The notes: generated from the sequence alone by a model not told the origin. A stretch of DNA of 63,798 nt, filler included, from Bipalium vagum (GCA_037834085.1; 3 parts of 3 records of this genome joined end to end with filler, not necessarily neighbours in it), one strand, 5' to 3'. Shown: positions 37,872 through 51,639, counted from the first letter of the whole stretch. Made by a program: numbers and translations.

Positions 37872-40800
37872 ATGAATTTATCAATATTTTCTTGGTTTAT
37901 TTTTATTATTATTAATGTTAAATTATTTTGTAATGGAAATATTTATGATGTAATTTCTGATCTTAATTTACAAAATATAATTTTGATAGGATTTTCACGA
38001 CACAGAAAACGATGACTACAGTTATGATCATACTGCCATTTTAGGAACACATGAGGCAGAAAAATTTAGCAAAATGTCTCCAGAAGAAAGTAAGGATAAG
38101 TTCAGGTATATAATATAGGGAGTTGTATTTTTAATTGTGAAAGAGTAACTAATTATATTTTAGTGAAATTATAGATAAAATGGATATCAATGGAAATGGT
38201 CTGATTGAATCGGAAGAGATGACAAAGTGGATCAAAGACGTATTTGTTAATATTTTAGAAGAAGATGTTGATGGTCAATGGGTAAAACTTTGTCCGAAAG
38301 ATAAGAATAAATTTGATTTTAACCATTATATTTCTCAAATATATAATGAAAGTTAGATTTAATCATAATATATATCATATATCATAATATATATCATATA
38401 CTCTTATAATATATATCATATTTATGAAATGATTAACTAATAAATAATAATTATTTCAGGATGCAATAAAAATGATCAAACCAAAATAATTTCTTTAACT
38501 TAAGAATACATATTTACTCAACTCATTAATTTGATTTTGCACTATGAACTCTTTAATAACTTATGTTATTCAAAATTGTTATTTTTTAAATTCGAGGCCA
38601 ATGTTTTATATTTCAAAAAATGTTTATGGAAAATTTCTTGTTGGATAATAAGCCAATAGATATTCATATGTGAAAATATATTTGCAATTTTACAATATAT
38701 AAGTGTAATATCGATCAATATTTTGGACAAAATTTAGTTACCGATTTTGAAATTTTTGTAGACTCTATTAGTTTTATGGCACAGGAAAAATCTGAAACGT
38801 GATAGAGTTTGCTAATTTGTTAATTTGCTTCGAAGATTCACTAGTAATTGCTAACAGTATTATCAAGTTTTTATTTTTTCAGGAAAATCTCCCGAAATTA
38901 CAAAGCTAATTATCAAAGAACAACGCAGATGGCTCGTTGCAGATTTGGATAACGATACTTTATTAAACAAGTCTGAATTTTTCAGATTTTTGCACCCTGA
39001 AGGATTTAGGGACATGAAATCTTTGATTTCTCTGGTTATTTGATTAGTCAATTATTTATTTATCCCATTTATGAATTTTTTTTTGATTAATTAATTATTA
39101 ATTATTATTAATTATTAATCAATGAAACTTGAAATAATATCAACTCTTTGACCACCATGAAAATAATATTCCTTATCACGAATGAAATGCTTAGATATTC
39201 TATTTTTATATTCATCTCTCATTATATAACTGTCTTAAAAATTAATAAATTTTTTACATGAATGAAATAATAATATTCAAAAAAACTAATTTCTACTTTT
39301 TCCATGGTTCTTACTGTCTATTGTTTCCCTCTGACTCCACTATTTTCCTTTTTTTCCGTTCACTATGCGGTAAAAATAAAATATTTAAATCGATAGCTAT
39401 TACAGAAAAAAATAAACGTAACAATAATCACTAAAGGGTTAATCACTTCAGTTTGCTCAAGTCACATTTTAATTCCATTCTATCTTCAATTTCAGCACAA
39501 TTTCAATTTTTAAAATTTCAACTGACTCTCCTGTGTCGTGTAGATATTCTGTTACTGCATTATATAGGCCAGAAACTCTTCACCAGCCATCGAATATTCC
39601 CCTTTTCATCAGTTAATGGATAAGCCAGGAGTTTTTAATTACTCAGCTCAGCCAGAAAGTATTCGCCTGAGCTGAATGGTTAATTATCCTTTAGGTCTCT
39701 GAAACTTTATAATGGTTCTTTTTTCTACTCCCTATGATTATGATCGAGATCTTATTTTGCATTGAATTTCAAGTGTAACAAGACATAAATTTCGCAAATT
39801 TTTTTAAAAGGACTTTTCGAATGATGAATTAGAGCTGATGACTGGAAAGGAATGTGGTAAGAGTGGTGCTACTGACTGGAATTATTTCCGGTTGCTGTGA
39901 GGATCAGATCTCTGTTTTTCGTCATTCCTTGAAAGCGCTTTCTGATTTTCTTAATTATGAAATATGCATTCATTTCTTCCTCAATGAGATACAGAGCCGT
40001 TTTGATTGGTCGATATTTGTAGAGACTACCGAAAATCGATATTTCCATTTCCGTGGTTTTTCGCTATATATGTTAATGTCAGTTCGGGCATATATGCCGA
40101 ACAATTTATTTCTTTCAATTCAGATCTAATTTATCACATTCACGCTAAACATAACAATGGACAGAGAAAAGTTTCTAGCTCACAAGTAATAAACTTGTTA
40201 ACCCAACATAAGAATTCAATTCTGAATATCTGTGCACTTATTGAAATATCGATTTTCTATATCCTATTAAATTAAAGTCAATGATTTCACATGGAAAAAA
40301 TTTTCATTGTAGTTCTGATAAAAATTTATCAATTAGGATAATCATAAATAAAAGAATGTAAGCCATGCATGGCTTTTCATGCATATAAAATAAAACATCA
40401 ATTAAGTAACAAATATCATTTGTTAAAATAATTAATTTTGTCAAATATTTCAATTGCCCGTAATGGATACCCAGTCGATCCTGAGATTTGAAGATATTAA
40501 GTCAGTAAAAATATAATAAGTAATCTGCCTTTATTTTCTCCTGCAGCTTATAAGCTACCACTTTGGTATAGTCTCTGGATGATCACGGACGATCTAATGT
40601 TGGAAATTGGATCTCAGCGATATAATAACAATTTTTATCACTATTTTGGATATCTAAGTACATTTTAGATTTTAGTTAAAATAAAATTATTTTCAGGAAT
40701 CCTTGGAGTTACTGGATTTAAATGATGATTTAGTGGTAGATGTCAATGAATACTTAGGTTAGAAGACACAGAATATCATTTTAACAAATTTTTTGCAATA

Positions 40801-41802
40801 CTTTTTCCTTTAAGTTTATTTAAAGAATAAAATGACATTCAAAATTATTTATTAATATCTTCATTTCTTTACTCCTCCTTATTATTCAGCAGACATTTTT
40901 CCAATTGGTGTCAAGCCTAAGGAAGATTGGATTCGTAATGAAAAGAGAAGATTTAGGATAGAGAGGGACATAAATAAGGACGGCGTGTTGGATATAAAAG
41001 AAATTCAAAATTGGCTTTTACCTGAAACTAACAGTGGTGCTGATGCAGAAACTAAACACTTATTTCATCTGGCAGATGTTAATAAGGTAAATAGTTGTTA
41101 AAAATATATCAAGCTAACGAATAATAATTCATTATTATTTTTTTCAATTGTTCCCTATTTTCTAAACTTTTGTTCCATTTGTTGTCACTGAGTATTTAAA
41201 TAAACTTCCGAAGAATTTGAACATAATCGGTTGTCAGTATGAAATTTCTCGTTTTTATATCAAATTTCGAATTAAAGTTTTCGTTTATTATACTCCTGGA
41301 TCTTGTATATTTTTTTCTCAAGTGTGTAGATCTATTTCTCACAACGTGTTTTAAAAGTATCCCAGTTGAAGACAACTTTTTATGATAATATCAATAAAAA
41401 TGTAATTTGCTATTGAAACTTTTCCAGGAAGGAGACTAATAATAAAGATGAAGAACGTTTTAATGAATTTGTTTTTCAAAATTAACTGAAATAGTTAACG
41501 AAGATTTAAGGATGTAAAAATTATATTATATTTTGTTGGCTTTATAAATGTAAAAATTAAAACTTGATGAAAATTCTCCAGAAGAAATTAAAATGAAGAA
41601 AACTTCCCAATACTAATTTGGACTTAGTTCCATTTTTATTTTGTTATCTGAATGCTGCGCTATATAAATACAATAAAATATGATTTATTTTTTTCATTTG
41701 TAGGATGGTTTCCTTTCAAAATTGGAAATGCTAAATAAATACCACATTTTTGTAGGAAGTCGAGATGAACATGATTTCTATTTTAATCGAGAAGATTTAT
41801 GA
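37872..41802 (+). CDS. CREC-family ER-lumenal EF-hand protein (calumenin/reticulocalbin-like), 296 aa
   Basis: Exons 37872-37949, 37990-38105, 38164-38351, 38883-39034, 40697-40757, 40890-41086 and 41704-41802 join in frame. Signal peptide; YDHTAILG..EAEKF..MSPEESK; EF loops DINGNGLIESEE, DLDNDTLLNKSE, DLNDDLVVDVNE, DINKDGVLDIKE and DVNKDGFLSKLE; FLHPE; IFVGS; C-terminal REDL. Confidence 0.9.
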
Positions 41803-41940
41803 TTTTATTTATTTACAAGTCTTTTCTGTTGATAAATGTTATGATCAAAATCGTCTTCTTTTTTCTTATTATTTTCAATACTCATTTTCAATAAAAAAGC
41901 TCCACTAAAAAGTCAAACCTTCAAAAAATTATCAAACATA

Positions 41941-42880
41941 CAGTAGTTCCCAAAGTAAATTAACAACCATGTTTTTTAATATAAAACAGAATTTGCTAAC
42001 CAAAATGATTTATACTTCTTAATGATTATTCCAAAATATACTTTGATAATTCTACAATTCTTTAATATCCCAAAAATTTTCAATTGGAGACAAATCTGGT
42101 CTTTGTGGTGGCCATTGAAGAATACTTACATTTTCTCTGGAAAGGTTTTCCACGACTTTCTACCTTTATGAATCGCTCATTGTCTTTTTGATATACAAAA
42201 TCTGATCCAATCAGTCTTTACCTCATCTGATGGCTACATTTTTCAATATATTAAAATAGGTATCTGGTGTTATTTTTCAGTCTAAAAGCAAAATCTTACC
42301 AAAACCATTAGCTGACATGCAACCAATATAATTTTACCATTTTCATGAGAATTTATAGTCTATTGTTTATATACTTTTCAATCAGATATAAACTCAACAG
42401 TGACTGTGTTTTAAGCGACCGTCCATAATTTCTTAGACCAAAAATGAAATGGTTATAGGGCATTTTCATGATTAAAACTAATTCTTTTAACCTTATTAAC
42501 TTTACTAACTCAAGGAATTTTACTAGCAACAGGCCTATTTTTACCACCATCTTGCAAACGCCTACGAAAAGACTCATTGTTCAAGGTATATCTTATTTTT
42601 GCGGCGGATGAAAAAGGTTGAGCATCTTTGATACTTATAATACTCCGATTAGTCCTTGTTGTTGTGACTCTTGGACGTCCGGTAAGTTCGACTTTATTCA
42701 ACCTTACCTCTGTCAGAAATGTTTGTGCTCATTTAAAAATTGAAGTCGAAGACTTCAGTTTTTCAGCGATATTCCGATATGCTACATCTTGATTGAACAT
42801 TATTAATATGATTTTTATTTCTTCATCCGTTAAATGTTTAAACATGGCTATATTTAAAATATTAACCATAAACTTGAATA
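41941..42880 (-). mobile_element. Degenerate Tc1-like element; one TIR present, the other end replaced by Gypsy sequence
   Basis: TA|CAGTAGTTCCCAAAG terminus. Reverse strand reads MFKHLTDEE, TGRPRVTTTRTNRSI, RRRLQDGG..PVASKI and WPPQRPDLSPIENFWD. Confidence 0.82.
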
Positions 42881-42885
42881 GTTTT

Positions 42886-45800
42886 TCAAAAATTAAAATT
42901 CTCTCTCAGGTTTTTCATATCGTACAAATCAGCTGTATACTTAATAACTTTTTCCCTCTCAGTATATGAGATCTGTATTAGAGATCTGTGAATCTCTTCC
43001 ACTAACATTCGGGTCTTGATTTTTGGAATCCATATCTTTCCTTCGAACGTTTTGACCAGATTATCTTCCAAGCGGAAATAAGATGTAATTCTCTTTTCAA
43101 TATCCTCTTTAATCTGATTGATTTCATTTTCATTATTCTGCCATTTATATACTGCCTTTTCGTTTACTGTATTTATTGTTCTGGTCTTCCTTTTTTCTGT
43201 CTTTGGATCTTCATGAATCATCATACACTGAGAACACATACAACAGATTTTTCTTGATAACATGTCTGCATTTGTGTGCTCAATTCCTTTTCTGTATTTA
43301 AGCTCTATATCTAGACTGCTGAGATAGTTCATCCACGTCTGAAATTTTGCTGTTATTGGCTTTGTCGTCTTGAACATGAATTCTATTGCTTTGTGATCTG
43401 TTCTCACCAGAAATTTTTTTTCATACAAGTAATGCTTAAAATATTTAAAGAAGTAAGATTGCTAATAGTTCCTTACTTGTGATGCAGTAATCCTTTTTCT
43501 TGACTGTTCATTACATGTTATCCGTACGCGATCACTCTCTCTTTTCCATTGTATTGTCTGTCTGTGACAACACTGCTCCAAGCGCTTCAAAACTGGCGTC
43601 AGTATCTAAAATAAACGTTCTTTTAAGGTCTGGAAAAGCTAGCACTGGCGTTTTCGTTAGCGACTCTTTGAATTCTTGGAAGGCTACATTGCATGCTTCG
43701 GTCCATATTAATTTTTCATTGTTCTTCCCACATAATTGTTCTAATACTCTTGATTTTTTTGCATACCCATTGATAAATTTCCGATAATAATTACAAATGC
43801 CCAAAAAGCTTCTTAAATTTTTTAAACATCAGAACCTTTCGAAGGTTCTGATTGCCTCAATTTACACTGGATCGGTCTTGATTCCTTGTTTGTCAATTAC
43901 ATGTCTTAGTAATTTGACTTCTGTTCTTAATAGATGGCATTTCTCTGGATGCACTCTAAGTCCTGCTTCTTTTATTCTCTTTAGCACTTCATTTAAAACG
44001 GCGAAATGATGTTCTATATCCTTTGTGTGAATCATAATATTATCTAAATAGACCATCATGTTTTTCAAATTTCTTAAAACCTTCGTCATTAACTCTTAAA
44101 AAGTTCCGGGAGCAGTGGCTATACCAAACGGCATTCTTGTAAAGCAAAATTGTCCTTGTTATGAAAAAGCTCTTTTCTTGTGAATTCGTTGTTAATTCAA
44201 CCTGGTAGTATGCATTACCCAAGTCAATCGTGCTAAAATATTTAGCTCCTTCTAATCTGTCCAGTAGATCCTCTATATTTGGCATCGGAAAAGCCTGACG
44301 TTCAGTTACCTGGTTCAGCTTTCTAAAGTCTAGACATAATTTGATATCTTTTCTTTCTTATTTCCAAACGCAAATTAGTGGCGTGTTCCATGGCAAGTTG
44401 CATCTTTTTATTAGCTCTACAAGTGGGACCCACATGACCTAAACGAAAATTAGAAAAATCGACGGTTTGAACTTGTCACATTTTGCGCAACAGTAATGAT
44501 TTTTTTCTCGACCGGGTTGTGACGACTGATGAGAAGTGGATAATGTACGACAACAGACGGCGGTCAGCTCAATGATTGGACCATGATAAAGCTCCGAAAC
44601 ATTTTCCAAAGGCGAAGTTCAAGAGCATCAATAGAAAGAGAGCTATTCTATTGCACGACAATGCTCAGCCGCATTTCGCACAGTTGACCTTACAAAAATT
44701 GAAGAAGTTGGACAACGAAATCCTGCCACACTCAGCATACTCACCAGACCTTTCGCCAACAGACTACAATTTCTTCAAACATTTGAACCACTTCTTACGG
44801 GATAGATGTTTCAGAAATGAAGAGGATGCCAAAAATACCTTCAACGACTTCATCTCTGCCAGAACACAGGAATTTTATGATAGTGGCATAAAGAAACGTG
44901 TGTCTCATTGGACTAAGTGTATTCAAGCTAATGGTGCATATTTTGCTTAATAAACTTTAGTCTTACTTGAAAATTTTTACTTTAAAAGTAAAAAGTCAAA
45001 AAACGACATTCATTTCTAAACAACCTAATATTATTCCGTTCTTAAATAAATTTTTTATTGCTTCATCGATTTTATCTTCCAGATGCATTGGCTGTCTCCA
45101 CAGTTTCTTGTTAATTGGTTCATCAGTAGTTTTGATCTCGTGCTTCATCATTTTTGTACATCCAATATCCCACCGATATGCCATGAATGCTTCTTTATTT
45201 TTTTCTATTACTTCCAAGAGCTTCTTATCTTCGATGGTGACTAATATCTTCTTTGATCTCCGCAGGCGCTCTTCATCTTTAACAACTCTTCCAAACTTGA
45301 CCTCAATGTTGCATACCTGTGAGACCTCCCTTTCCATCGAAATCTTCATTAATTTAAATCCGAACTTTGTCAAAAATTCTGTTCCTCCAATCAGCTCTGG
45401 TGAAACCTGCTCAACAATTGTGAATGACATTGACTCAGCTCTATCTCCAATATAAACATCAACTGTTACTTTTCCTACCACATTCATTACACTATTATTC
45501 GCAGTCTTTATGGTCTCCATGCATCTTTGTATTTCTACATTGCCTAGTTCTAGAAACTTATTCCGACTCATTACATTTATGCAAGCTCCAGTATCCAGTA
45601 AGCATTCTATTTCGTGTCCGTGTATATTAACAGTTATACTTGGCCTTCCTTTCATCGCGTTATATTTAATACTCTGTTCATTAAAACTATTCAGCGTTAT
45701 TATCTCCTTTTCATCTCCATTCTCAAAATTTTTCTTTAAAAATCTATTAAACTTTTCCAATTCTCTCTTTTCCCCTGACACTTTTCAATTTTTACTACCC

Positions 45801-45970
45801 CTTTTCACATTCTCTATAACATTACTCTTTTTGAGAAACCGTATTCTTACGTCTAGTTCAAGGCTCCGATCAACTCGACTTCGGACGGAGCCTACCATTT
45901 TGGTTGTTCATAGTACGAGTCTGTTTGTCTTTCTCCATTTCCATACAGTCTTTCTCTGTCCTCTAATATT
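42886..45970 (-). mobile_element. Ty3/Gypsy LTR retrotransposon pol remnant (protease-RT-RNase H, truncated at the start of integrase)
   Basis: LLDTGA protease; RT motifs LCLDFRKLN, FSTIDLGNAYYQV, MPFG and VYLDNI; RNase H FILDTDASFEALGAVLSQ; VRTDHKAI and YRKGIEHTNADMLSR. Frameshifted. Confidence 0.95.
44411..45028 (+). mobile_element. Truncated mariner inserted into the Gypsy RT at a TA
   Basis: Right TIR ...CATTTCTAAACAACCTAA|TA; left end reduced to TA|TTAG. Motifs TTDEKWIMYDN, HDNAQPH and HSAYSPDLSPTDYNFFKHL. Confidence 0.92.
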
Positions 45971-46129
45971 GAAAACTTCAATATCAATAAAAGGGAAGCT
46001 TTAAATAACAAATTTACTTTTCAAATAAAAAAAAGAATGTCATAAATGTTTTCAAAATTAAATAATTGTAAATATTTTCATCTAACCCATATTAAAAATC
46101 ATATATATTCGTTACTTGAAACTACTGGT

Positions 46130-47700
46130 TACAAACCAGATATTTCCTGAAAAGACGTCATCTTTTACCGACTCATATAATAGAGTAGTTTTTTGGGGGA
46201 TACCGAAATCTTTTTTCATATTACAAGATAGTCTGGATAATAACTGTCCTGTATTATCACCAAAAACTGATGTCCACCAAATTCTCAATTATTCCTCTTG
46301 TGACAACCTGTCTAGTTACGATAACTATTTTAATAGGAATTGTCAGTATATCATCAATTCTCATTTTCCCAAATTTAAAAGCATTTGCACAAATATCAAC
46401 GGACGACTGTTTACTACATGTATTATTTACATCTCCACAATTGTTTCGGCCAATTTTGCCTTTTGAACTATGCTACCTAATGGTTCTAGTCGATGCAACA
46501 TTAGAGCATTTTACTTCCCTTTTAGAACTGATCACCAATGATACTTTACTATTACTTTAGTGTTTTCATCTCATGTATTTTGTAATGCAAATGCTTGCTG
46601 TGCTACTGTTTTTAATTCGTATGTGTATTTTGTAATATATTCATTTTCTTTCTAATTTTTATTATAAAACTGTTAAATAAAATAAATAAATAAAAAATGT
46701 AACATCCCCTGTAAATATTTATGCTTCTAATGCTGCTTTCATACCTTGTCAGTCTTTGTGCTCGTTTTTTCATAACCAATCTAAATATGCGTCTCTAACT
46801 GCTCCTTTTAAATAAATTGATAACCTTTTTATCATTACTTGTTCATTGAATCCATATGCTCCCATGGTTATATAATACTTTGCCAAAAAATTAGATAATT
46901 CTGCAGGGTTTCCATTATAAGCATCAATCTAAATATACCATGTATATGTGTTTTCATCATTTTCTTCCACTTTATTATTATTATTGATATTAATAATATT
47001 ATTATTATTATTTAAATTAGGGTTATTGTTAATATTATTAAGCTGTGCCATCATTCTTTCATTGCTTCTTTTGTTTTAGTCGATGTTAATTGCCTATTCA
47101 AATTTAATTCTTCAGTTACTCTTACTAGTATTCTTTCTAAAATATCATCACTCAATGTATCTGTATCAGAATTGTATTCTTCTTCGTGCCTAATTTTGAT
47201 GATTATTATTTATTTAAAACTCCGAACGTTTGATCTCGTCGGGCTGACTAAATGTGAGCGTTATCGTGTTGCAAAATGATCTGACCATGTCTTAGGTCAT
47301 ATTATAGTCTCTGGGTACCTATTTCTGGACTTAAATCAAGTAAATACTGGTGCTTTCAATCACCAGTTACATTTTCAATTGGTTTGAGAAGCTCATGATA
47401 TAATTTTCCTGTTTAGTCCCGTTTGAAAGTTCCACTGTAATTAGTAATCAGTACAATTAGTAATTAGTTAAGTTTGTCTGTGTTTTCTTGTTTAATTTTT
47501 CTTGGGGTATTTTTAAATAAGATCAACGCAACTGAAGATGGGTGAGAAAGGTAAGTATATTTTGTCTTTTTTTATTTTTAAGCGCAACCAACGGAGATGA
47601 AGAATGACAGAAAAAATCGAGGGGGACACAAGAGGACAAAAGATGATGAGAAAGAAAACACTTTAAAAATCAAGAATATTAGAAACAGTACAAAAAGACC
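46130..47700 (-). mobile_element. 5' part of a Gypsy-like element: LTR end, primer-binding site and decayed gag; outer LTR edge approximate
   Basis: Reverse strand ...GCTCACA-TT-TAGTCAGCCCGACGAGATC (LTR end at 47253, PBS at 47250-47233), then gag-like YNGNPAELSNFLAKYYITMGAYGFNEQVMIKRLSIYLKGAVRDAY. Confidence 0.65.
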
Positions 47701-47734
47701 CGCAAAAGAGTTTCTTAAAATAAATGTTGCTTTT

Positions 47735-47900
47735 TTACTAATTACCTTATTTACCAGATTTGACCCCTTGTGACTTCTACTTTTTCAGAAACAAAAAAAT
47801 TATCTAGGATAAGAAATTTCAGCAAATGAAGAAGTTATTGCTAGTATTTTGCAGATATTTCGGAATCTCAAACATGGTAAAGAGGTTTTAGAGAAACGAT
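47735..47900 (+). mobile_element. mariner 3' fragment running into the gap
   Basis: PYLPDLTPCDFYFF ... ANEEVIA. Confidence 0.7.
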
Positions 47901-48000
47901 NNNNNNNNNNNNNNNNNNNNNNNNNNNNNNNNNNNNNNNNNNNNTTAATTAATTAANNNNNNNNNNNNNNNNNNNNNNNNNNNNNNNNNNNNNNNNNNNN
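47901..48000. other. Artificial 100-bp scaffolding spacer (44 N + TTAATTAATTAA + 44 N)
   Basis: Same structure as 17428-17527. Confidence 0.95.
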
Positions 48001-48724
48001 AATCAGCGCAAAAAACCTCATTAGAAAACTATAGGCTTTTTTGATTTTGAAAAAATGTCAACACCTTAATATATATATATATTAATAATATTATCCAAAA
48101 ACCATTGTTAAAAAATGTCTTCAGTAATCTGGACTGTCTTGCAAATTGATAGAAAAATACTATATTGTCGAGTTCAAAATAAATAAATTGTTTTTGGCTC
48201 AAATAGGTAAACTAATCGAGGGCAATGGATTAGAATAGAGACAACAGTACTAGATGTAAAATCAGATTTTTATCTGTGTCAATTTTTTTTCTTTAACATC
48301 CTGTCGATTTAACAAGTTGCTCTATTCCTCAACCATTTCTTGAACTGATTGAAAATTTTTTTTGTTAAGATTGTACAAGGTCAATCGGATTTTATCTTTC
48401 CTACACACTCCCAATCTTATTAAACTTCACACTATTTTTTATCGTTTGCTTACATAATGACATATAGAGAATTTTTGTTTCTGCTCCCTGATAAGTTATC
48501 AGTGATAACTCTCTTAAAACTTTCAAATTTTATATTTTACGGAATTTTTCTTCCATAGGAAAATTAATAACCATTATATTTTTAAAAACTATATTTAAAA
48601 TTAATTGATATACTTTTAATCAATATAAACAAATGACAATATCTGAATTTTATGAATTCTTATTTCAAAACAAATGTTAACATACAGAGTGAACACTGTG
48701 CATATATTTTGTTATCTATTTCCT

Positions 48725-49340
48725 TTACTTCCTATTAATTTGAAAGTTGTGACCTTGCTTGATGTAAAAAGGATTTTCATCAGAAAAAAGCACTCTTCGG
48801 TAAAATTTAGCACCGCCGTCATGCAGTAAACATCGACATCTTTCCATTACTTTTATGCGTATTTTTCTCTCCATATGTTGGCTTTTATGGAGCTTTAATG
48901 AGTTGAGTTTCAATTCATTTTTAACATTATGGACGCTGGATTCTATTATTCTAATTTCTATATCCATTTTTTTCAATGACAGTCGAGAATTGCGCCTAAA
49001 GCGATTATGATGGATTTTTTGGATGTATGAAATATCGAAAATGCGTAGTCTTTCATTTCGAGAATGGTCACTGATATCTTTTACTGATTTCAAAACAACC
49101 AATTTCCCAATATTCAGCAAACGAACTGTTTCGATCTGACTTATGTTTTGCGTATATAAATTAATTATAGAAAAACAAATGCTACTCTGATCATCTGATA
49201 TCTAAAATAAAAAATATGAGTTCAAGGTTAACATATTATTTAAACACTTCCTTCAATATATAATTAAATTAAAAATTAATTTTTTATGTAAAAATCCAGC
49301 TTTATAAAAGAATTTCCAAACTTTTATCGCACTCTCTTTT
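48725..49340 (-). mobile_element. maT/DD37D-like transposase 5' fragment
   Basis: RFRRNSRLSLKKM ... MERCRCLL ... RRVLFSDENPFYIKQGHNFQINR. Confidence 0.7.
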
Positions 49341-49639
49341 TAATTATAATTGTTGAATATGCAAAAGTTAGTTAGCAGCAACATAATTACAATTATTATG
49401 ATTATATTTATATTAATAAATAAAATAATTCATAATTTTTATTTTTTACAAATTCACGAAAGTGTGTTCAGAAGAATTTAGTTTAAAATAAGTCGAAGTT
49501 TATTATGATAAACACAAATATTGATATTTCATGAAATTTCATTGAAAATTAAGTTAATAATACACTTAAGTATAAGAAGATGTGAATGAATGTATGAAAC
49601 TGAAGAGAACAGCGTTTGCGAACAAAAAATTAAGTAACT

Positions 49640-49997
49640 TGTCAGCATTACAACGCTTGATCTCACATAAGTTTAGTGAATTGATAGAAACTAATAATTT
49701 TGGATGGGATGTGTTGCCACATGAACCAACTCGCTCAATCTAGTTCTTTCGAATTCTTATTTTTTTCACTCACTGCCACATTCTTTAAGTGGTAGCATAT
49801 TCGATTATAATGAATGTGTCCATACTCACTTGACCAAGGTTTTCCCTAATAAGAAAATGTTCTTTGCAGGTGGAATCTTAGAATTACCTTCTAGATGGAA
49901 GGTATTTGATCAAAATTGGCAATACATAATTGATTAAAAGGTTTTATTTAATATTTTGATTTTACTTGTAAAAACCTATGTTTCCAATCAACCTAAC
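49640..49997 (+). mobile_element. mariner 3' fragment with degenerate right TIR
   Basis: FGWDVLPHE ... GILELPSRW..FDQNWQYII; ends ...CCAATCAACCTAA. Confidence 0.7.
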
Positions 49998-50559
49998 AAA
50001 TCTTACTTCTGGCCATCATATTTTATTATTATATAAAGTTTTGCTAAAATATTTACTTTCTTTTGATTTTCAAAACATAGAGTTAAACAGTTTTTTATTT
50101 TTACATACTTGACATTGTCCCTTATATTTTTAACATTTATTTCTTGTGAACTTCTAAATAACTTGATAATTCGATATTTTCAAAACCTCATCATTCTTAA
50201 TAACTGGAAATGAAAAAATTATCCTTCTTATGAATTTCGTGTAACTGACTATTTTCTCCATCAAGACATTGGAAAAAAATTCTCAAATAAATGGCAATCG
50301 GTAACATAAATGTCTCGGAAGTATTGGATCATTTCAGAATCCATATTTTCAGATGTATAGTTTTGGAAATTTCTCAAGTTGGAACTTATGAAAGTTAAGT
50401 TGGTATTATTATTAAATTATTATTGTTCCCTATTATAATAGAAACAAAAATCTATATTAATCAGAGTAATAATAATTATTATTATTATATATTATTTTCA
50501 TTCTGCCTAGTAGTTATTTAATAAGTACAGAGATATGAATTAGTTTTCCGAGGATCATC

Positions 50560-50820
50560 GATCATCCCTGACAGTAATAATATTTTCGGCCACATCGACT
50601 TTTCCATTTTCATGAGACAGACCCTTCAGCGTTGTATACAGCAAACAGGTGAGAAACTGTGAATTTGTCGACACAGTCTGCATTAGCAATATATCTGATA
50701 TTCATGTCTGTGTTGACATTAAGTGCTACTAATTTAGAACGCTTTTCTGTCGTAATATCCATAATAGCAAAACTCAGTGTTTTTCCAAAAGTTTTCGTAG
50801 TTACATCAAACAATATAGGA
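50560..50820 (-). mobile_element. Tc1-like transposase N-terminal HTH fragment
   Basis: MDITTEKRSKLVAL ... IRYIA..DCVDKFTVS ... GSVS.KWKSRCGRK. Confidence 0.6.
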
Positions 50821-51639
50821 TTATTTTTTAAAATGTTCGTGATTTATCAAAAAAAGATATCCTTAAGAAAAAATTAAGTTCAAGTAAATTTGATACGCTC
50901 ATCTTTACTTTTTTATTATTATTTGTGTGAAATGTGGTCTGCCTTAATTAGTTTGCACAGCAATGTGTATTATTTTTTAGCAAAAATGATATTGATAATC
51001 ACGAATGACTTCTCAGATTTTTCGTTTATTATTCTTGTAATCAGTGGAATCATCACTTATTTATTTTATGCTTTTGGGGTTTAATTATTAAATTATTCCT
51101 TCTGTTTTCAAATTTAAATGATTCATAAAGTAACCAGATCGACTTAATCGTTTAATAATATTAAAAAAAAGAGAAAGAATAATTAAAACGGTAAATTAAT
51201 CAATTAAAGTAGTACCTCCGAACGGAGACAATTTATTAACGTGAATTGACAGATAAATTAATAAATTATTTTCCTTTCTGGAAAATAATAATAATTTAAT
51301 TATCATATCGATTTTCACTTTTAGCAATATATTTTCCATTCGGCTGATTTCAATTTTAATTTTATTTCATATATTCCATTATTATCTTTATATTTAAATT
51401 ATCTTTATAGAAAAAGTCTAGTAGAACTTTAATCATTTTCTGCAACATTTCCATAAGAATAATATAATGTCTGGGTTGTTGCATTTATACAAAAAATATT
51501 AGAGATGTCGTACGATAAAACAAAATTCAAAATTTTTCTATGATTTTGTTATTTTCTAATTTCTGTTTCCTTTTTTCTTAAAATATTTGTGAATTTAGAA
51601 AAAACGTTTGTAAGTTAAAAATATCCTACAAACTCGAAA

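Noticed and set aside
38363-38420. Three ~20-nt tandem units (TCATAATATATATCATATA)
   Set aside because: Simple intronic slippage repeat with no spacers; not CRISPR-like.
39140-39442. Possible piggyBac-type MITE ending AAGGGTTAA
   Set aside because: The left terminus matches only 8 of 10 positions and lacks TTAA; insufficient support.
44967-46004. Plus-strand ORFs of 162 and 164 aa
   Set aside because: Antisense shadows of the Gypsy gag-pol region.
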